Shown: positions 36,582 through 51,314, numbered from the whole stretch's first letter. The stretch: 62,491 nt of DNA, filler included, from Chiloscyllium plagiosum (GCF_004010195.1; 3 parts of 2 records of this genome joined end to end with filler, not necessarily neighbours in it); one strand, 5' to 3'. The notes: a model not told the origin generated them from the sequence alone. Numbers and translations: made by a program.

Positions 36582-39500
36582 AGAACATAGAAAAGTACAA
36601 CACAGAACAGGCCCTTCAATTCACTGCTATCCATGTACATGTCCAGCAGTTGCTTAAATGCCCCTAATGACTCTGCTTCCACCACGACCGCTGGCAATGC
36701 ATTCACAACTCTCTGCGTAATGAACCGACCTCTGATGTCTCCTCTACACCTTCTTCGCAATATCTTACAACTATGACCCCTCATACCAGTCAATCCTGCT
36801 CTGGGGAAAGTCTCTGGCTATTGACTCTGTCCATGCCTCTCATTACCCTGTATACCTCAATCAGGTTGCCTCTCTTCCTCCTCCTCCTCCTCCTCTCCAG
36901 AGAGGGAAGTCTGATCTTAGTCAACATCTCCTCATAAGACAAGCTCTCAGTCCAGGCAGCATCCTGGTAAATCTTCTTTGCACCCTCTCCATAGCCTCTG
37001 TATCCTTCCTATAGTAGGGCAACCAGAACTGGACACAATATTCCAAGTGTGGTCTCACAAGGGACTTGTAGAGCTGCAGCAAAACCTCACAGCTCTTAAA
37101 CGCTATTCCCCTCTTAATGAAAGCCAAAACAACATATGCTTTCCTATCAAAGTAACAGAGTGGCTAACAGAGTGGTGCGCGAAAGGAGGGTTCCTTTGCA
37201 TGGGGCACTGGCATCATTATTGGAACAAGAGGGATCTGTACCTTTGAGACAGTCTGCACCTGAAGCAACTTGGGACCATTCTAGCAAAAAGGGTAAATAG
37301 GGTGGTCAACAGGACTTTGAACTAGGAAGTGGTGGTGGTGGTCGGGGTGGTTGTAAAACTCCAAGCAGTATAATGACCAATGGGAAACAAAGCAGCAGGT
37401 TAACATCTGTGGAGGTGGATTGAACTGCATAGAAAAGTATGAGAAAAATGGAAAGGTGAACTCCTGAGTAGCTATTAAAATCTTCAGCCTACAAAATAGG
37501 ACAGTGTTTGGAAAGGAATCAAACTTCAAGCACACTGGCTCAATAAATGACAAGGAGAAGAGGGATGGTAAATACAGGACTGAAGGTGCTTTATCTGAAT
37601 GCACACAGTATATGAAATAAGGTAAATTATCTTGTGGCACAGATTGAAATTGGCAGGTATGATGTGGTGAGCTTCCTGGAGACGTGGCTGCAAGGGGATT
37701 AGGACTGGGAACTAAATATCCAAAGATATACATTCCATCAAAAAGATGGGCAGGTGGGGTTGCCTTGTTAGTAAGAAACAACATTAAATCAATAGCAAAA
37801 AAACCAAGTAGAGTCAGATGATGTAGAATATATGCTGGCAGAGTTGAGGAATTACATACAGGCCTCCAAAGAGTACGCAGTATTTGGGGCACAAGATACT
37901 TGAGGAGAAAGAAAAGGCATCTAAGAAAGGCAAGGTTACTGTGACTATGAGGGAATTTCGATATACAGATGAACTGGAAAACTCCGGTGGACTAGTAGTG
38001 GATCACAGGAAAAGGAACTTGTGGAATGTCTATGAGATGGCATTTTGGAGCTGCTTGAAATAGATAATTCTGGATTTTGTGTTGTGCAATGAGGCAGACT
38101 TGATAAGGGAGCTTAAAGGTGAAGGAACCCTTAGGAGTCAGTGACCATAACATGATAGAATTTACTCTGCAATTTGACAGGGAGAAGATGGAATCAGAGG
38201 TAGCGGTATTATAGTTGAATAAAGGCAACTAGAGGCATGAGCTGACCAGAATCGACTGGGAGTGGAGCCCAGCAGGAAAGACGTAAAACAGCAGTGGCAG
38301 GAGTTTCTGGGAGTAATTTGGAAGACAGCAAAAATTCATCCCAGATAAAAGATGCATACTAAAGGGAATATGAGGCAACCATGGCTGACAACGGAAATCA
38401 GGGACAGCATAAAAGCAAAAGAAAAAGCATATAATGCGGAAAAGAGCAGTGAGAAGCCAGAGGATAAGGAAGCATACAAAGACCAGAAGGCAAAGAAAGA
38501 AATGAAGAAGGAGAAGATTAAACGAGAGGGTAAGCTAGTAATAAAAGGTGGCAAAAGTTTCTTTAAATATATAAAAAGGACAAAGAGAAGCAAAGGCGGA
38601 CATTGGACTGCTGGAAAATAGTACTGGAGTAGTAGTAATAGGGAACTTGTTCAAGGGGCAACTATTGAGTGTCCTTGATAATTATGTATTGGATCGGCGC
38701 AACATCGAGGGCCCAAGGGCCTGTACTGCGCTGTATTCTTCTATGTTCTATGTTCTATGTTCTAAAATGGCTGAGTACTTTGTGTCAGTCTTCACAATGG
38801 AAGACACAAGTAACACCCCAAAAAAAATCAAGACAGTCGGAGGGGTCACTGGTGGTGGTGGTGGCAGCGCTGTGTATGGGGGCCATCACCAAGGAGAAGA
38901 TGCTAGAAAAACTGCAAGGTCTGAAGGTGGATCAATCACCTGCTCCAGATGAACTAGAGCCCACAGTTCTGACAGAGATAACTGAAGAGATAGTGGAGGC
39001 ATTGATACTGATCTTTCAGGAATTATTGGAGTCAAGGCAGGTCCCAGAGGACTGGAAAACCACTAATGTAACCTGCCGTTTAAGGATCAGATTTCTGAAT
39101 ACTTGGAAGTGCATGGTAAAATAGGGCAAAATCAGCATGGATTCAGGCCAGGCAGCGTCCAAAGAACAGGAGAATCAACGTTTCGGGCATAAGCCCTTCT
39201 TCAGGAACTTATTTTGAGGGGGCTAGAATATAAAAGCAGAAATGTACTTCTGAGGCTTTATAAAGGTCTGGTCAGACCACATATAGAGTATTAGGAGCAA
39301 TTTTGGGCCCCATACCTCAGGATGGTTGTAATGGCCCTGGAACAGGTCCAGGAGGTTCACATGAATGATCCCAGGAATGAAAAGCCGACGAGGAATGTTT
39401 GAGGATTGTGGATCTATACTCTGAGTTTAGAATGATGGGGGACAACCTGACTGAAACTTACAGAATACTGAATGGCCTGGACAGAGTGAACTTTGGGAAG

Positions 39501-39830
39501 ATGCTTCCATTGGCAGGAAAGACTAGAACTCAAGGTCATAGCCTTAAAATAAAGGAAAGACCCTTTACAACAGAGATAAGGAGAAACTTTATTCAGAGAG
39601 CAGTAAATCAATGGAATTCATTGCCACAGAAAGCTGTGGAAGCCAGGCTATTGAGTATATTTAACACAGCGATAGACTGGTTCTTGACTGTCAATGGGAT
39701 CAAGAGTTACGGGGAGGAAATGGAAGAATGGCGTTGAGAAACTTATAAGCTATGATTGAATGGTGCAGCAGAGTCAAAGAGTCAAGTGCAGCCTAATTTC
39801 TGCTCCCGTGTCATATGGTCTAACCTCTGG
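36582..39830. mobile_element. CR1 cluster: a minus 3' fragment (36582-37145) abutting a decayed plus-strand CR1 (37145-39830)
   Basis: YKSLVRPHLEYCVQFW on minus; ORF1 end, APE, PWLTTEI, VPEDWK and WNSLPQK on plus. Confidence 0.8.
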
Positions 39831-40015
39831 AACCACCTATAATGCACCAAAGTATAATTTTGAAAATCTCTCGTCCTAGTCCCTTGCTCTCAATCTGCTG
39901 TCTCACCATTAAATTTTGGAATCTTAAATGTCTTCATTTCTCAACATCCTTCTCCTCTTGGATAGGTTATGCACAGGAAAGAACCTTAACAGGCAAGTAT
40001 TCCCTTTCCACCTAC

Positions 40016-40066
40016 CTGGATCACCTTGTCCACTTTAAGGTCTTCTAAGGACGGGTACAAAGACAT
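40016..40066 (-). CDS. SDCBP: Syntenin-1 first coding exon (whole exon about 40016-40086 including a short 5' UTR)
   Basis: Minus strand tttttctttttaag|GCTTTTACATTTCTGTAAAG ATG...CAG|gtaggt encodes MSLYPSLEDLKVDKVIQ, identical to the recalled human syntenin-1 N-terminus; too short to appear in the ORF track. Confidence 0.93.
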
Positions 40067-40942
40067 CTTTACAGAAATGTAAAAGCCTTAAAAAGAAAAA
40101 TGTAATTTAGCATACATTTGTGATGTAAAATATTACAAATGATCTTTTCACACATTGTATAGAAATATCTATTTCAAAATACTGCATAAATTGACATCTT
40201 GTTTTTAAGCATGAAAAGTTATTGCAATTGTTCTCTTATGGAAATTATATTTCATCCAATCACTTATTCCTTATTTTCCAGATGCAACTTAAAAGGGAAA
40301 TAAACAATACACCTGACCATACTCAACATTGGGCAAGGAGAGTAAAGTTGCCTCAATTGTCAAAAACATTCTTAGCATTTTGACTGCAAATACAGATGAG
40401 CTGGAGTAAATTCCAATGTTGCAGTAACTGATAACCATGTAAACATTTTCCATTACTGTGCAATTCATGTATGATGGGCTGATCAATTTGCACAGAAATT
40501 GAATTCATAATTTATGCTCCACATAAATGGAAAAAGTGACGGGATAGAGTATAGCACAAGTTCACTAGGATTTTGCTTTGAATAAAGATACCTAGACAGA
40601 CTTTAGAATGACTTGAGAAAGAGGAAAACAGAAAAGTGTGATAGCCATGGTGTAGCAGGCAGCATTCCCGCACCTGTTCTGGAAGGTTCCACTCTAGGAC
40701 TAAGCACAAACATCTAAACTGAATTTAGTGCTGCAAGTGCCCTAATTCCAACACCCAGGCTCAAAGAGCATTACCCAATTCCTCCATGTGAAGCATGCTA
40801 TGCATAGACTGGTCACTGCATTTCCCATTTTACAATAATGTGAAATACTTGGGAACACCCAGTAACACGCATGGGGTGGGGTTTGCATTGAAGACTTCAG
40901 TCATGCAAACAGATTGTATTAAGTAGTCAAACAATTAAAAAG

Positions 40943-42045
40943 ATTGGATGTAGGTTTGCTCACCGAGCTGGAAGGTTCACTTCCAGTTGTTTCATCACCA
41001 TACTGGGTAACATTTTCAGTGAGCCTCTGAACAAAGCACTGCTGATGATTCCTGCTTTCTATTTACATGTTCGGGTTTCTTTGGGAAAACAACAAACTGC
41101 CATTCCTAGATGTCGCAGTAGAACAAACAGCCAATGGACAACTTCAAACCAGCGTCAACAGGAAAACAACATACGGACAAAATATGAAACTACAGATGCG
41201 ATCACCTCAACATCCACAAACGAAGTTGCATCAGAACGTTATTCCAACGAGCCAACACACACTGCAACACATAGGAACTATGCAGAGCAAAGGAAAATCA
41301 CCTATACAGTGTATTCAAAAAGAACAGGTACCCAATGAACATAGTCCCCTGATTTCTCAGCAACAAACTAAACAAGCAGACAAAACACTTCCAGACACCC
41401 TAGTCACTCTCCCCTAAAAAGGCATTTCGGAAATGATGCCAGACTACTCAGACCTCTTGGCATCATGGTAGCCCTCAAATCTACCAACACACTAAAACAG
41501 CAGCTAATTAACTTGAAGGACCCTATACAGACAAGAAGCAAAACTAATGTAATTTACAAAATACCGTGCAAGGACTGTAACAAACACTACATGGGACAAA
41601 CAGGCAGAAAACTAGCCACCAGGATACATGAACATCAACTAGCCACAAAACGACATGACCCTCTCTCACTGGTATCCTTATATACAAATGAGGAAAGACA
41701 TCAGTTCAAATGGGACAACACATCCATCCTAGGACAAGCCAAACAGAGACACGCACGAGAATTCCTAGAAGCATGGCACTTCAATCGGAACTCTAGCAAC
41801 AAACACATTGACTTGGACCCCATTTACCACCCCCAGAAAAAAAGAACAGGAAATGAGATCACAATAGGAAATTACATCACCAACCCAAAGATATAAATAG
41901 AAAGCAGGAATCATCAGTAGTGCTTTGTCCAGAGGCTCACTGAAGATGTTACCCAGTATGGTGACAAAACATCTGAAAACAAACCTTCCAGCTCACTGAG
42001 CAAACCTACATCCAGAGCCTCAACCTGAGCTACAAATCTTTTCAA
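40943..42045 (+). mobile_element. Second Penelope-like family: RT C-terminus + GIY-YIG flanked by about 125-bp inverted repeats
   Basis: LPFLDV (RT); NVIYKIPCKDCNKHYMGQTGRKLATRIHEH...REFLEAW (GIY-YIG); 40943-41068 is the inverted copy of 41891-42013. Confidence 0.9.
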
Positions 42046-42146
42046 AACTACACAATTTTAAAAATTCCCTACAGAGTGGAAACAGGCCATACAGCCCAAA
42101 AGGTTCATACCGACCCTCCAAAGAGTAACCCATTCCCCTACCCTAT

Positions 42147-43620
42147 GAGATATTTGTATCATCGATAGTCACAGGTGAGGTGCCGGAAGACTGGAGGTTG
42201 GCAAACGTAGTGCCACTGTTTAAGAAGGGTAGTAAGGACAAGCCAGGGAACTATAGACCAGTGAGCCCGACCTCGGTGGTGGGCAAGTTGTTAGAGAGAA
42301 TCCTGAGGGACAGGATGTACAAGTATTTGGAAAGATAAGGACTGATTGGGGATAGTCAAAATGGCTTTGTGCGTGCAAAATCATATCTCACAAACTTGAT
42401 TGAGTTTTTTGAAGTAACAAAGAGGATTGATGAGGGCAGAGCGGTAGACGTGATCTATAGGAAAGCGTTCAACCAGATTCACCATGGGAAACTGGTTAGC
42501 AAGATTAGATCTCAGAATACAGCGAGAATTAGCCATTTGGATGCAGAACCTGACTCAAAAGGTAGAAGACAGAGGGTGGTGGTGGAGGGTTATTTTTAAG
42601 ATTGGAGGCCAGTGACCAGTGGAGTTCCACAAGAATCGGTGCTGAGTCCACTACATTTTGTCATTTATATAAATGATTTGGATGTGAGCTTAAAAGGTAT
42701 AGCAGGTAAGTTTGCAGATGACACCAAAATTGGAGGTGTATGGACAGCGAACTTGGTTACCTCGAATTACAATGGGATCTTAATCAGATGAGCCAATGGG
42801 CTAAGAAGTGGCAGATGGAGTATAATTTAGATAAATATGAGGTGCTGCATTTTGGGAAAGCAAATCTTAGCAGGACTTATACACTTAATGGTAAGGTCCT
42901 AGGGAGTGTTGCTGAACAAAGAGACCTTGAGTGCAGGTTCACAGCTCCTTGAAAGTAATTACAGATAGGTAGGATAGTGAAGGAGGCATTCGGTATGCTT
43001 TCCTTTATTGGTCAGAGTATTGAGTACAGGAATTGGGAGTTCATGTTGCGCCTATACAGGACATTGGTTAGGGCATTTCTGGAATATTGCGTGCAATTCT
43101 GGTCTCCTACCTATCGGAAGGTAGTTGTGAAACTTGAAAGGGTTCAGAAAAGATTTACAAAGATGTTGCCAGGGTTGGAGGATTTGAGCTACAGAGAGAG
43201 GTTGAATACGCCAAGGCTGTTTTCCTTGGAGCATCGGAGGCTATGGGTAACCTTATAGAAGTTTATAAAATCGTGAGAGTCATGAATAGGATAAATAGGC
43301 AAGGTCTTTTCCCTGGGATGGGGCTGTCCAGAACTAGAGGGCATAGGTTTAGGGTGATTGGTTGCTTTTATATTTTTCCCCTAAGGAGCAATTTTTTCAC
43401 ACAGAAGATGGTGCATGTTTGGAATAGGCTGCCAGAGGAAGTGGTGGAGGTTGGTACAATTACAATATTTAAAAAGGTATCTGGATGGGTATATGAACAG
43501 GAAAGATTTGGAGGCATATGGACCGGGTGCTGACAGGTGGGACTAGACTGTGTTAGGATACTTAGTTGGCATGGACAAATTGGATCAAAGCGTCTGTTTC
43601 TATATTGTACATCTCTAGGA
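42147..43620 (+). mobile_element. CR1 LINE inserted into an HE1 SINE (halves at about 42065-42145 and 43625-43850, -)
   Basis: LTNLIEFFEV, QWAKKWQMEYNLDK, YRTLVRAFLEYCVQFWSP; the flanking SINE halves are collinear. Confidence 0.88.
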
Positions 43621-44539
43621 GTCTATTTACCCTCGAGTAACGCACCTAACGTTTTGGGCAATTTAGCATGGCCAAATCACCTGATCTGCACATCTTTGGA
43701 CTTTGGAAGGAAACTGGAGCACCCAGAGGAAACCCACGCAGACACGGGAGAATGTGCAAACTCCACAAAGGCAGTGGCCCGAGACAGGAATCAAACCCAG
43801 GTCCCTGGTGCTGTGAGGCATTGCTCACCACTGAACCACTGTGCTGCCTTAAAAAGTTCTATAAAAGATCACAAAATATTTATAAATGAAGACTAGGTTG
43901 TTGAATTGAATAAGTTACAAATAAAGGTCAGTGAAAATGAGAAGAGTGATTGAGAAGTCAGTGATGGGTAGATTAGCTTCCATAGTTTAACTAATGAGGG
44001 GAGGCTGGTAAGAAAGCATCAAGAATCTGACAGTACAAATGGTATATGTTATGAGCTCAATAAGACACAGTCAGCACTGCAGAGTGGAAGTGAGCAATCT
44101 CAAACACGGCTGAGGAAGGGTCACCGGACCTGAAACGTTAGCTTTATTTCTCTTCAGACTCTGCCAGAACTGCTGAGCCCTTCCAGCAAATTTGATTTTG
44201 AATCTTACATGTGGGTTGGAAAACTGAGCAAATGTGAACTCACTGGTTCAGACTGACAGGACAGCTGGAGAGGATGATGCTTTTGGTCTCCAATTAATCT
44301 AAATAATGTGAAACCTATCCAGAACATGATAGTGACAAGCACAGAGACACACTCAATTCAGCGAAGTGGCAAAGAGGTCAGCACACATGAACACTGACCT
44401 CATGTGCTGGTGAGGCCAATGAGTGGCTGCACATAAATGAAGAGAAAAGATCCTTGAGGAACAGAGAAGGAGACTGCATAGAAAAGAACAGGAGACACTG
44501 CCACAAGTTACTGGCATCTTCTCAATGTACAAAAATCTC

Positions 44540-46400
44540 CCAAAACTGAAATTAAACCAAACAGACACCTGGCATTGACCTAGACACCAGGAAAGACAAC
44601 AGCAGAAACACCCCTATCAAGCCTGCAAAGTCCTCTTTACTAAGATCTGTGGGCTAGTTCCAAAATTGGGAGGGCTGTCTCAGACTAGTCAAGCAACAGC
44701 CTCACAGAATCATACCGTACAGTCAATACACCAGACACTATCACTGGATAGATCATATCCCACTGGCAGGACAGTTATATGCAGCTTGCAGAGAGTTGCA
44801 CAGGAACTCCTCAACATTGACTGTCAGCCCCATGAAGTCTGATGACTTTAGGTCAAACACAGGCAAGGAAACTTCATGATCATCACATGCTGTCCTCTAT
44901 CAGCTGATGAGTCAGTACTCATCCATATTGAGCAACATTGGAGGAAACATTAAGTGGCAACGGCACAAAATGTACTTGGTGCAGGAATTCAATGTCCACA
45001 CCAAAAGTGGCTACGCAGTAGCAGTACTGACTGATCGAGTCAGGTCCTGATGTACACAGCTGCTACATGGAGTCTGCAGCAAGTAGTGAAGGAACCAAGA
45101 GAGAAAAACATACTTGACCTCACCCTCACAAATCTGCTGGCTGTAGCTGCATCTGCCAATGACAGCATCTGTAACAGTGACTACAGCGGAGCCCTTCTGA
45201 AGCAAAAATGCCTTCACACTGAGAATACCCTCCATCGTGTAGTGTGGCACTATCACGTGCTAAATGGGACAGACTTTCAACAAGTCGAGGAACTCAAGAC
45301 TGGGCACCCAAGCGGGCCATCAGCAGAACTGTCCTCCAGCACAATTGCAACCTCATAGCCTAGTATATCCCCCACTCAATCATTACCATCGGGCTAAGGG
45401 ATCAACTTTGGTTCAATAAGTGCAGGAGGGTATGCCAAGAGCAGCAAGAGACGGATCTAAAATGAGGTGTCAACCTGGTGAAGCTACCAAACAGGACTAC
45501 TTGCATGCCAAACAGCATAAGCAGCAAGACAGAACTAAGCTATCCAAGAGCAAACGGATCAGATCCAAGCTCTGCAATCCTGCCATATCCAGCCATGAAT
45601 AGTGGTGAGCAATTAAACAACTCACTGGAGAAAGACAGCTCCACAAATATCTCAATTTTCAACGATGAAAGAGCCCAATACATCAGTGCAAAGATATAGC
45701 TGAAGCTTTTGCAGTAATCTTCCACCAGAAGTGCCAAGTGGATGACCCATCTTGGCCTCCTCCAGTGATCCCTAGCATCACAGATACTAGTCTTCAGCCA
45801 ATTCAATTCACTCCATGTAACATCAAGAAAGTTGGAAGCACTGAATATTGGAAAGGTTATAGACCCTGACAACATTGTAGCTATAGTACTGAAGATATAT
45901 ACTTCTGAACTTGCCACTCCCCTAGCCTGTGTTATAACTGTATTGGAAGAACTTGGCATCTACCCAATGTGGAAAATTGGCAAAGTATGTCCTGCACATA
46001 AAAAGACAAATCCCACCTACCCAGTCAGTCTACTCGTCAACAAATTGATGGAAGACATCATCAATAGTACTATCAAGCTGCACCTTCTCAGCAATAACCT
46101 GCTCAGTGACACTCCGTTTGGGTCCCAATAGGACCACTCAGCTCCTGGCCTCATTACAGTCCTGGTTCAAACACGGACAAAAGAGCTGAATTCCAGAGGC
46201 GAGATGAGTAACAAGCCTTGATATCAAGGCCACATTTGACCTAATGTGGCATCAAGGACCCCCAGCAAAACTGGAACAAAAAGGTATCTGGAGGCAAACT
46301 TTCTAGAGGTCGGCACATAGGAAGATGGCTGTGGTTGTTAGAGGTCAATCATCTTAGCTCGAAGACACCTCTGCAGGAGTTCCTTCAGCAGCACCATCCA
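44540..46400 (+). mobile_element. Decayed CR1/L2-group LINE (APE endonuclease to RT)
   Basis: LQQVVKEPREKNILDLTLTNL (APE); PDNIVAIVLK...WKIGKVCPAHKK (RT). Confidence 0.75.
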
Positions 46401-47950
46401 AACCCACTACCACTTCAATCTCGAATGTTGGGTCAAATCCTGGAATTCCCCAAGGGCATATTGGGTCAACCAATAGAACATGGACTTCAGTTCAAGTAGG
46501 CAGCTCACTACCACCTTCTGAAGGGCAATTAGGAACAGGCAATAAATGTTGGTCCACAGTGACACCCATGTCCCATGAGTAATGCAAAACAAAAGCTTTG
46601 TACAATCAATGAAGGATAAAAAAGCAAGCAGAATTCAGCAGTGGTAGAGTGGCTCCCCTGGCTTCATTCATTTGGAATGGAATCATATACGGTAACAAAT
46701 ATTGACTACAATACTCTAGCTGCATGGCTAAATTTAAATATTGAACCTTTAACATGACAGTTGTCACACACTGAGGTAGGATCCTGGATTCCCTCCCCAA
46801 CTGCACTGTGGTTGTGCCTATAATACAGGGATTCCAGCAGTTCAAAATGACAGCTCACCAACACCTACACAAGGCCAATGGCCATACCCAGTAAGAGATA
46901 TCTATCACACATCACCAGGTTGTAGTCCAGCAGGTTTATTTCAAGTCACAAGCTTTCCCAGCACTGCCCCTTTGTCAGCACACCTAAAGCTTGTGATTTC
47001 AAATACACCTGTTGGACTATAACCTAGTGACTTCTGGCCTGTTCACCCCAAGCCAACACTGATACCTCCACATAATAAATGGTTATTTTTGACCAGCAAG
47101 GAAGTGATGGGCCAAAGTGCCTTTGTCAGTGCTGTAGGATTTATGACTGTAAACAGGAAGTGATTCGATCACCAGTGATTTTGTTACGACAGTGCATCTA
47201 TGTTAAAATAGCACCCTGACTGCTATAACATGGCACATTTATCAACTTCTAAACAATGCCACGCATAGGCTCCTGTTTGTGTTTTCGGTACTTCCCTTTC
47301 AATATCCAGAATACAAAGAATTTTCCTCAGAAAAACACTGATAAACAATCTGTATGATACCTAACCAAAAGAACCAATTTTCTGACAGAGTTATAGAACA
47401 TAGAATAGTATGGCCCTCAATGTTGTGCCGACCTTTTATCCTATTCTCAGNNNNNNNNNNNNNNNNNNNNNNNNNNNNNNNNNNNNNNNNNNNNNNNNNN
47501 NNNNNNNNNNNNNNNNNNNNNNNNNNNNNNNNNNNNNNNNNNNNNNNNNNNNNNNNNNNNNNNNNNNNNNNNNNNNNNNNNNNNNNNNNNNNNNNNNNNN
47601 NNNNNNNNNNNNNNNNNNNNNNNNNNNNNNNNNNNNNNNNNNNNNNNNNNNNNNNNNNNNNNNNNNNNNNNNNNNNNNNNNNNNNNNNNNNNNNNNNNNN
47701 NNNNNNNNNNNNNNNNNNNNNNNNNNNNNNNNNNNNNNNNNNNNNNNNNNNNNNNNNNNNNNNNNNNNNNNNNNNNNNNNNNNNNNNNNNNNNNNNNNNN
47801 NNNNNNNNNNNNNNNNNNNNNNNNNNNNNNNNNNNNNNNNNNNNNNNNNNNNNNNNNNNNNNNNNNNNNNNNNNNNNNNNNNNNNNNNNNNNNNNNNNNN
47901 NNNNNNNNNNNNNNNNNNNNNNNNNNNNNNNNNNNNNNNNNNNNNNNNNN

Positions 47951-48512
47951 ATAATGAGGAAATTAATGGAACTAACGTTACAAAAGCCCAGGACCTGACT
48001 GTTTCCATCCAGGGGTGAAATAGGAAGTTGGGGAGCACATTGTAGATGTACTGACTATAATCTTCCAGAGTTCCTTAGATTCAGGAGTCGTCCATCTGGA
48101 TTAGAAGATTGTTCATGTCACTCTGCTTTTTAACAAGGATTAAAAATGAAAACCAGGGAATTATAAACCAGTTAACCTAACATCTGTGACGGGGAAATTG
48201 TTGGAGTTTTCAAGGTAATCAATAGGAAAAGACAGGATAGAGAAATATAAACTAATTCCACTGATTGGAGATTCTAGAACTAGAGGGTGTTGTCTAAAAA
48301 TTAGGGCTAGACCATTGAGGAGAGCTTTTAGGAAGCATTTCCATACACAAAGGGTGGTAGATATTTGGAACTCTCTTTCACAAATGGCCATGGATGCTGG
48401 ATCAGTTGTTAATTTTATATCTGAGATATGGAGATGGGCCACAGATCAGCCATGATCTCACTAAATGGCGGTACAGACTCAAGGGGCTGAATGGCATACT
48501 TCTGTTTGTATT
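47951..48512 (+). mobile_element. CR1 fragment
   Basis: PGNYKPVNLTS followed by the 3' end FHTQRVVDIWNSL. Confidence 0.7.
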
Positions 48513-50087
48513 TTCCCATGTAGGAAAGGGGTCATGTGGGGAGTGGAGTGGTCTTCAACAGTGAACAGCCAACTGGCTTTTGGGAGGTGGCACAGAGGCA
48601 GTGTTTTACCCACCTGGCATGTTCACCTCATATTGACTGGAGCTGGAAAGGAAAAGTGCACAGATGCAGACTGAAATAGATAACTGTCCAAAGAGTAGTC
48701 ACTGTTGCTTTCCATTGTGCTATAAGTCCACAGATATGATGTGGAAATGAAAACAGCTGTGACTACACCTGGAGTGTGAGGTAAGTGCATCATTCTGTGA
48801 GGGAGGCAATTTCCAGTGATGTGAAGCCCTTCAACAGGCAACACCATTACACACACAACCCATGCATTGGAGGAAACACACATTTAGGCACAGAATCCCT
48901 AGCGAACCTTTTGCATTGGTCTGGTATGTGCAGTGCACCTCCCTGCTCCAATCATTGTCGACCTTTTATGCAGAGTCAAAACCGAATGTCACTAAGGGCT
49001 ATGATGCAGTAGCAAAGTCGGTGCAGTTGGAGACATGGAATCTGGTTGCCAAGAGTTGTAGTCACCTGTGAGTCAGCCATTGTCTACACCTTGGTCTATG
49101 GAATATCACACAGGGATAAGATAGGTGGCTTCATTGTCTGACAGTTGTGTTTATTACTATACCGAGAATCGAACAAATAAACTACATTAAACAATACGCA
49201 TATATTTACAAACACGAACAATGAAGTATCACTCATGCCACCAAGGGTCCTGAAATGTTTTTCTTCTTCCTTTCTCTCTCTTACTACATCTCTGTGCAAT
49301 GCCAGCTTGTGCAGCTGAGGTGAAGGGCACCTACTGTACATTGGAACCTATTTATTTTGGAGAACTGATTAGGTAATCCCAGAGTGGATTTTTGTGACAA
49401 AAACACAGGCATCTTGAATGTGGTCTGGCCAGATGTGGGTCCTCCTCAGCCTGGACTCCCATAGTGGCAGGTGGAAGGCCTGGCCATCTCTCAAGTGTCC
49501 TGGGAGAAGATTTCTGCAGAGCCTGTGAGTTGCAACCTCTCCAGCTGAGTACGTATTGGCTCTGCTTTATCTCTTTATGAGGATGCCCCAGCAAGGCTTA
49601 CAATACTTTTCCTACAGAAGGAGAGGCAGGCAGCTTGTGATGGTGGGGCACACTAAACACTGAAGGGATGGATATGTCATTGTACGTATGGCACCATGCT
49701 GTATCAACATGACATCCGCAGCATTGCCAGCAGTTTACACAGCACACACGCTGCATGTGTTTTAAGCTTATGTGTAAAAGCCAAATGAGAGCAGGTCCAT
49801 AGTGGAGATATATGGGACTATGGTCAGTCACTGGCTGCAGTCACAGTCAGTCAAGTGCTTTGTCTGATCCCAGTCCAGACCATTAGCCATTCTCAGTCAA
49901 GCCTTTAGTCCTACCAAGTTATATAGATCCATGTTCTTGCAAACGTAGATGGTCAGTCCTACAACTCCTATGCAACAGTTCTGGGGATTACAGTCAGTGT
50001 ATTGTGGAAACATCAGACTGGGGGATGGGCCATGATTAGTTGGAACCGCTCTATCAAGTCAGTCCTGGGGATGTGTCATGGCCAGTC

Positions 50088-50750
50088 ATAGAACATAGAA
50101 CATAGAAGAATACAGCGCAGTACAGGCCCTTCGGCCCTCGATGTTGCGCCGATCCAAGCCCACCTAATCTACACTAGCCCACTATCCTCCATATGCCTAT
50201 CCAATGCCCGCTTAAATGCCCATAATGAGGGAGAGTCCACCACTGCTACTGGCAGGGCATTCCATGAACTCACGACTCGCTGAGTAAAGAACCTACCCCT
50301 AACATCTGTCCTAAACCTACCACCCCTTAATTTAAAGCTATACCCCCTCGTAATAGCTGACTCCATACGTGGAAAAAGATTCTCACTGTCGACCCTATCT
50401 AAACCCCTAATCATCTTGTACACCTCTATCAAGTCACCCCTAAACCTTCTTTTCTCCAATGAAAACAACCCCAAGTGCCTCAGCCTTTCCTCATACGATC
50501 TTTCTACCATACCAGGCAACATCCTGGTAAACCTCCTCTGCACCCGTTCCAGTGCCTCCACATCCTTCCTATAGTATGGCGACCAAACCTGCACACAATA
50601 TTCCAGATGCGGCCGCACCAGAGTCTTATACAACTGCAACATGACCTCAGTACTCCGGAACTCAATTCCTCTACCAATAAAAGGCAGTACGCCATATGCC
50701 TTCTTCACCGCACTATTTACCTGGGTGGCAACTTTCAAAGATCTGTGTAC
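50088..50750 (-). mobile_element. Young CR1 3' fragment with a (TTCTATG)n tail
   Basis: Uninterrupted 189-aa ORF2 C-terminus; CATAGAA repeats at 50087-50107. Confidence 0.93.
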
Positions 50751-51314
50751 AGATCTTTGGTTTGGTTAACAGTGCTCAGGGGGCTTATCAGGAGGCTGTC
50801 CACGCTGACCTGGGGAAAGCAAGTAGCTCAAGTGGAGAGATGAACTTCAATGTATTGTGTGTGAGGGAATTGTGACAGTGATGGGTAGCAATTGAATACA
50901 ATAGCACAAGACTTCATAATGAGTAGGAGGACACTGAGAGCTCTGGACATTCTCAGGCATTTGGGAGTGTTCAATCAGATTATGATAGCTCTGGTCATTA
51001 CATGGGGAGAGTGTATGATGGACAATGGGATGGGAATTTCCAAAGTCATGGGCTCTGTTGCTCCCCTGCTTTCTGCATTCCAGCTGGCACCACCCTGGGA
51101 ATCTGGAGTGATGCCTCAGTGTCTCATTCCCCTCTCAATTTGCCATTGTTGCTAAGCATATATCCTTAAATCAATAGAGTATACTTTCATACACATATCC
51201 AGCAGATACTGAACATTTTTCTGCACATGGCTGTTATACCATGGTCACCATAATGGTCACCAACTTGTTCATGGAGGCAACCAAATGCATACCAGACCCA
51301 GGATTGTGCTGGTA

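Noticed and set aside
37281..37892. 203-aa minus-strand ORF
   Set aside because: It is antisense to a decayed CR1 ORF1/endonuclease region and has no recognisable domain.
39966..39992. Possible + strand micro-exon (tag|GTTATG...ACAG|gcaagt) and possible exon at 40282
   Set aside because: No similarity to NSMAF; the region is explained by the SDCBP exon on the opposite strand.
40312..40400. Possible alternative upstream SDCBP exon on minus (...GGTCAG|gtgtat)
   Set aside because: Weak donor, no recognisable homology and no transcript evidence.
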